From Cyanophora paradoxa CCMP329 (Eukaryota > Plantae > Glaucophyta), in contig QPMI01000392.1 in NCBI GenBank assembly GCA_004431415.1, forward strand, positions 21,168 through 85,167: a stretch of DNA of 64,000 nt, read 5' to 3'. Of this stretch, positions 58,401 through 64,000 are shown one piece after another. Every line of letters starts with the position of its first letter. The first letter of the stretch is position 1. Under the pieces are notes generated by a model. That model was not told the origin of the DNA. It saw only the letters and a list, made by a program, of their open reading frames with translations, and ran no database searches. The translations under genes were made by a program, and so were the position numbers.

Positions 58401-59537
58401 CGGGCCAGCGCTGCGATCGCTCTGGGTGAGCGATGGCGGGCGCGGACAAGGCGAGGAGCGCGGGCCGGTGGGGGAGGGAAAAAGAGCGGGGTGGACCGGC
58501 CGTACCCGGAATCGGCCCGATCGCTCTTCCGCGCCCCCGCGTGGGGTACGAGGCTCGTACGCGCCCGCCCAGCAGCGCTAGCGCCCCTCGAGCGCCGAGC
58601 CTGCCGAGGCGATGAGCACCGCACCGAGCTCGAGAGCTCGACGGGAAGAAAGGGAACCGGTCGAGGGGGTGCGCGGGCGCACTCCCCACGAGGCCCCGGG
58701 CGCTCTTGGCTCGCCCAGCGGGCCGGCTGCCGAGGGCTTGGCGTGGGCGGGGAAGAGGATCCAGAGGGGGCGCTCGAAGCGGGCGAGGCGCCGGGCCGCG
58801 CTCACCCTCGCGATGGACGCCCCGCCGCCGCTTGCGCCGCCGCCGCCGCAGGGCATCGGCCGGCTCCCCGTGCCGACCGACGTCCCGGCGCCCGGCCTCG
58901 CCAGGCCGCTGCCGCGCGTCCCGCCACCCGAGCAGGCGGCCCCGAAGCGCACCAAGCGATCCGCTCTGGGCGACGGGGCGCCGCGGCCCGGCGCCGAGGC
59001 CTGGGCCGGTTGAGCGCCGGCCGGCTCCGGCGGGGCGGGCCCGGCCGGGGCGCGCGGGCGCGCGTAGGTATGAGCCGCTTTGGATTCGAACTGTACGCAG
59101 GAAGAGCTCGCGGGCGCGCAGAAACTTAATCCGGCGTCGGCGCCCTGCGGGGCGAGGGACAGAGGCACGTCAGCCGCAGCGGACTCCGGGATCGAAAGTT
59201 GCATGCGGGCCGCGGCCGCCGAGCAGGCTAGGACGAAAGGGAGGCGCACGAGCCGCGCGGGTAGCTGGAACCGCCCGAGGCGTGGCTCTCTCGGGAGAGC
59301 AGAAGGGAGGCTCGCGGCTCGGGCGCGACAGAGCGCCGCACGAGCAGCTCGTGGTCCGCTGCTCTCTGTGCGTGGGATCGCTGTGGTTTTCTCTGTGTCT
59401 GTTTTTTTGCGACCAAGTGTACCCCGCAGATTCGCCGCAGCAGTGTTGCAAGCTGCAGCCAGCTGCCGCCGCAGCCCCCCGCGCGCGTTCTCGCAACGCT
59501 GGCCAGCAGAGCCTTCATGCGCATGCGCAGCTCTTTC

Positions 59538-59695
59538 GGGGGGCCAGTTTGCAACGTTCTGATGGTGCACCGGCGCACCATCGAATTTCAACAGCACGCC
59601 GCGTCGCGCGCGTGCCCTCTGGCGCAGTCCATAGCGCCTGTAGGGCTCGAAAATCGCGTCGCCGCCCGCCCAGCTCGTGCTCGGGTCGAGCGCAG
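59538..59695 (+). repeat. Dispersed repeat copy 3, 11-6-11 site at 59558-59585
   Basis: TCTGATGGTGC-ACCGGC-GCACCATCGAA (2 changes in the left arm); ~155 bp homologous to copy 1. Confidence 0.9.
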
Positions 59696-60184
59696 TCGAC
59701 GAGGCCACGGCCACTGCTAGCTATTGATCTCCAGCGGCCCTCTGACGCTTCTACGACCCGACAACCCCACGGATGCGTGTCCCGTCGCACAGGCTGGGCG
59801 TCACGGCGACCCTCGGCGGCCGCGGCGCTCGTGCGGCTACGCAGATGCAGCCGGCGCCCAAGGCGCACTTGTGGAGGTTCTCCGAGATTTAAACGCGCGC
59901 GCCGCAGCGCGGCCGGCCCCGGCGCGCCGCCGGCGCGCATCCGGCCATCGATCGGGCACGCCGCGTGCGGTGCGCAGCGTGCGGACCCGCGCGCTTCTCC
60001 GCCACACCCTCGCGAAGCGCTACGCGGGGTGGAGTGCGGGCGCGCCGGTTCCAGCGAGCAAGACGATCACCGAGTCGGCCGGCACCGCGCTCGGTCCGCC
60101 CCTCGCGGCTGCAGCGAGCCCCGCCTCCTTTTCCTCGGCCCGCTGCCACGCTCCGCGCGCCGCGGCGGCCCCTCGTGCGCCCCC

Positions 60185-61300
60185 GCCTTCGCTCACTCGG
60201 CAGCCCGTACGGCCCGCGGCAGCTGGCTCGCAGTAGGGGCGGCCTGGTCGATTCCGGCTACGGTGTGTGTACCCCCCTAGGCCTCTCGCCCCCTTCGAGC
60301 GCCCCCGCCCCCCGCTCACTCGGCGGCCCGTGCGGCCCGCAGCAGCTGGCTCGCAGTAGGGGCGGCCTGGTCGATTCCGGCTACGGTGTGTGTACCCCTT
60401 AGGCCTCTCGCCCCCCTTCGAGCGCCCCCGCCCTCGCCCACTCGGCGGCCCGTACGGACCTGCAGCGCTGGCCCGCAGTAGGGGCGGCCTGGTCGATTCC
60501 GGCTACGGTGTGTGTACCCCCCAACGCGCCCTCTCCGCGCCCCGCCCTCGCTCACTCGGCGGCCCGTACAGATCGCAGCGCTGGCCCGCAGTAGGGCGGT
60601 CTGGTCGATTCCGGCTACGGCGTGTGTACCCCCTGCTGACGCTGTCATTTGCCTTTCCTCTCCACCCACCCCTTCGCGCGCTTCCGCACCCTCCGGCCGC
60701 GTGCCACCGTCTCACCGAGAGCTCCCGGTCCGCCCAGGGGTACAGGCGCCGTAGCCGGAATCGACCAGGCGGGCCATAAGCGGCGGGGCTCGGTTCGTCC
60801 GTACCCCCGCTCGTCCCGCCCCCCCGCCGCTCGCCTCGTCTTACGGACGGGGCGAGCGGGCCGTCCAGGGGTACAGGCGCCGTAGCCGGAATCGACCAGG
60901 CGGGCCATAAGCGGCGGGGCTCGGTCCGTCCGTACCCCCTCTTCCCCCGCCCCCCGCCGCTCGTCCCCGTCTCATCGAGAGCTCGTGGGCCCGCCCAGGG
61001 GTACAGGCGCCGTAGCCGGAATCGACCAGGCGGGCCATAAGCGGCGGGCTCGGTCCGTCCGTACCCCCGCTCTCCCCGCGCCCCCGCCGCCCGCCTCGTC
61101 TCACCGAGAGCTCTCGGACCCGTCCAGGGGTACGGGCACCGTAGCCGGAATCGACCAGGCGGGCGATAAGCGGCGGGGCTCGGTTCGTCCGTACCCCCGC
61201 TCTCCCTGCCCCCCTGCCGATCGCCTCGTCTCACCGAGAGCTCTCGGGCCCGTCCAGGGGCACCGGCGCCGTTGCCGGAATCGACCAGGCGGGCTATCTG
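60185..61300. repeat. Bipartite array 5: 4 A units (+), then 5 B units (-)
   Basis: A cores 60247, 60369, 60491, 60603; reverse B cores 60737-61286. Confidence 0.95.
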
Positions 61301-61545
61301 GCAGCAGGGCCCGGCCCGCACCATCCCCTCGAGCTCCCCCCCCCCCCCCCCCCTTCCGCTATGGTCACACGCCCCGGCCCGGTTGTGATTCTGATCGCGA
61401 TCAACTCAAAACCCGCGCCCTGAACGCCAACTGTACATCTACCTAGCTGCCTAGCTGCCTGTCTACCTGTCCAAGCACGTGCATGGGCCTTGGCATGGGC
61501 GGGCCCCCGATAGAGGGCGAGCCCGTCCGACCCCGTCGGGCGGCC

Positions 61546-63275
61546 TCAGTCGGCCTCCTCGTCCTCGATTGCGCTCGCGTGGGAGACTCCGGCTCGCCCC
61601 GCCGCCGCCGCTTGCTTCGCCACGCTCCGCGCCGTCGCCGCCGCCGCCCCCCGTCCTGCCGGCGGGCCTCGGGTCGAGAGAGAGAGCGCGCGCGCACGAG
61701 GGAAACGGGGGAAAGAGGGCACGCACGTCGCGTCGCGGGCGCCCTCGCAGCCGCCAGCTCGTCGCCGCTTCTGCGCCCCGCCCCGGCCTTTCCGTCGGCG
61801 CGCGGCCGCGTCGTGGGCGCGCCGCGATCGCCCGCCGCACCGGAGGGCGACGAGTTGCGCGTCGGACATCTCGAGCCACCGCTGCGCCCCGGCTGCCTGC
61901 CGCTGCTCGGGGGCGTCGGGGCTCAGCCGGGGGGCAAGGGCGAGAGCGGGGGACGGCGCACGGGTCCGGGCGGGCCAGCCGAGGCGGCGGGCGACGAGGA
62001 CGACGAGGGCGACACGGCGTCGCGGTCCATCTCGAGGACCTCGTCCGCCGGCGCCTCGGCCGGTAGGTGCCGCAGCGCAAACTGCCGGATGTCCTCCGTC
62101 CCGCGCCGGAAAAAGCTCCTGGAGGAGTACGTCTGCGCCCTGCGCGCGACGGCGGGGTCGGTCGGGCGGCGGCGGGCCGGCGGCGGCGGTGGTGGGGGGA
62201 ACGCTCCCACGGCCCCCCCTGCGCACGCGTGCTGGGGATCGACGACGCCGCCCGCCTCGATTCGCCTCGCGGCCCTGCGGCGGCAGGGGGACGTCTCGGG
62301 GCGGCCCGGCGGGTCGTGAGGGGATGCGAGGCCGCGAGCTCACTCGGCAGCCGCGAGGAATCGCTCCGGCAGAGGATCGCTGCCGCGCGCGGGCGTCGGG
62401 GTCGGACGGGGCGGGCGAACGACGGGGAGGGGGGGCGGCGGCGGCCGGCGCACCAGTGGGAGACGTCGAGGCCGCGCTCGCGCAGAGGCGCGCGGCGAGG
62501 GCGCGGAGGGGGAGGAGGTCCCGCAGCTCGGCCGCCTGCTCCCCGGCGCCCAGCGAGGCGAGGAAGCTTGAGCAGCCTCCCCCGGTCCCGAAAAGCGTCC
62601 CGCCGGACGGGCGCGGGGCCGGCGTCCCGGCCGCGGCCCCGTCGGGGAGCGCGGCGGCGGCGAGGCCGGGCGTCGGGAGGCCCGAAGAGGCGGCGCACGG
62701 CGGCCGGCTCGATCGGCTCGGCGGTGCGCACGAGCGCCGGTCCGGGGCACCGCTGGGCGGGGGCCGCCTCGTCAAAGACGTGCGCCGGCGCCCCGTCTCC
62801 CCCGTCCCCGCCGCAGGCCGGGCACGGGGCGCCCGGGACGGCGAGCGCGAGCGCCGCGAGGCCCGCCACCAGCCGGCTCCCGCGCGGGCGCCCCGCGAGC
62901 TTGCGGCGCACCGCCGGCTCGCGCAGCAGGCGCGCAGCTGCGCGCGGAGCGCGGGCGTCGGCTGGGGGCGGTCGGCCGGGGTCGGGAGCGGGCGGGGGCG
63001 CACCCAGGTCGATGTGCCGGCATAGGACGACGGCGCAGGCAGCGCGCTGCTCGCCGGAGAGCTCCGCCACGCCCTCCTGCGGCTCAATCGGCACGGGGGG
63101 GCGACTCGGCGATGGGCCGGCGTGCGGGCCGCACCGGCAGGAGCGCGGGGCCCACGGCGGAGACCGCGCGGGCGTGCGCCGCGCGGACGGCGTCGGCGGT
63201 GGCCTCGCCGGCGTCCTCGAGCCCCAGCAGGATCACCGGGCTGCCGATGTCGAACCCCCAGGCGTCCGGCTCCAT
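61546..63275 (-). CDS. Multi-exon hypothetical protein (frameshifted as sequenced)
   Basis: MEPDAWGFDIG start after TATA ~63304; CPAC..H..C; apparent introns near 62275-62343, 61907-61960, 61670-61725. Confidence 0.45.
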
Positions 63276-64000
63276 CCCGGCGGAGCTCCCATCAACCAAC
63301 GGCGTATATACGTACCCGGCGCGAGCGAAAAAACTCAATCAAAGCCACCAACCGTCATCAACTTGCCATGCAACTCGAGCTCGCAATTACGTATACGCAC
63401 CGGTACGCAGGTGCGCCCGTCCGGTCCGGCCGCATAAGAGCCCGCATTGCCAGCGCGGCTCAGACAGCTATCAGGCTAGTTTAGCCTAGCTAGCTTTCTA
63501 CAGTCTTTTCACGTTTCCGCGACTCCGGCCGCGGGCCCTAGCTATAGGCCTCGGCAGCTGCAGCTTCTTCGGCACGGTCGGATCGTCGGACCGTACCGTG
63601 CCGCCCATGGCCAGCCGTGGCCGCGGGAGCGGGATCCGCCCACGGTTTATCTCTCTGGAGACCGGAATGGAGAGCATTTCGACCGAGTCTAGCGTGCGCG
63701 GCCGCCCCCCAGCCGCGTCCAGACACTCGCCCGCTGCCGACCGCGGCCTGCGTGGCCCGCGTGGGGCCCGGGGTCACGACCGCAACCCATGAGTCGAGAA
63801 TTCTACTAGCTATAGGCTAAAGCCGTCCGATCGTACGCGTGCCGGCCGCGGGCGCCCGGCGGGGCGTGCTGGCAACGTTGACGGGCCGGGGCCACCGTGG
63901 CACGCGCTGGCGTCTTCATGCTAATTATATAAGCAGCAGCGCTATATGCATACACCATACGCATAATACAGCTAGCACGACCGCGGGCTCGATCCTCTTG

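Larger units (their letters stand above)
1..64000. mobile_element. Interior of a large tyrosine-recombinase-encoding virus-like / giant transposon-like element (ends not seen)
   Basis: Co-occurrence of AEP-UL9 primase-helicase, YR recombinase, GIY-YIG, TFIIB, H3 variant and SKP1/F-box/RING genes, a shared promoter motif and dispersed homologous repeat arrays; no recognisable housekeeping genes. Boundaries unknown. Confidence 0.65.

Noticed and set aside
58612-59013. 133-aa Pro-rich ORF
   Set aside because: Low complexity with no promoter motif or homology; cannot be supported.
1-64000. Assignment to a named virus group or host species
   Set aside because: No capsid, polB or terminase recognised; intron style suggests a GC-rich alga or protist but is not diagnostic.

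Overview
Eukaryotic, very GC-rich DNA with short spliceosomal GT-AG and GC-AG introns (alga- or protist-like). I recognise no ordinary host housekeeping gene. The whole window reads like the interior of a large virus-like or giant-transposon element with no termini visible. Recognisable genes: an ~1830-aa AEP primase + Zn-finger + herpes-UL9-like SF2 helicase; a 9-exon gene fusing a Ski/Dach-like domain, an ULP1 (C48) protease, a tyrosine recombinase, a C2H2 finger and an AT-hook; an SLX1-like GIY-YIG nuclease; a 7-exon divergent histone H3 (K9R, S10G, K36R, long loop 1); a TFIIB apparently split into separate Zn-ribbon and cyclin-core genes; a SKP1/BTB protein, two F-box proteins, a RING protein; and many orphans. 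Non-coding structure is strongly patterned. (i) Five (plus one degenerate) bipartite tandem arrays are built on one 30-bp core, GGTCGATTCCGGCTACGGCG(TG/CC)TGTACCCC, always as an A-type block and a B-type block pointing at each other. (ii) Three copies of an 11-6-11 inverted-repeat site with dif/lox-like geometry each lie 0.6-1 kb upstream of an A block. (iii) A GGGA(A/T)TCCC + TATA promoter precedes about a dozen compact genes. No capsid, packaging ATPase or DNA polymerase was recognised. Several large genes have frameshifts at G/C homopolymers, most likely sequencing errors. All gene models and family calls are by eye, with no database searches.
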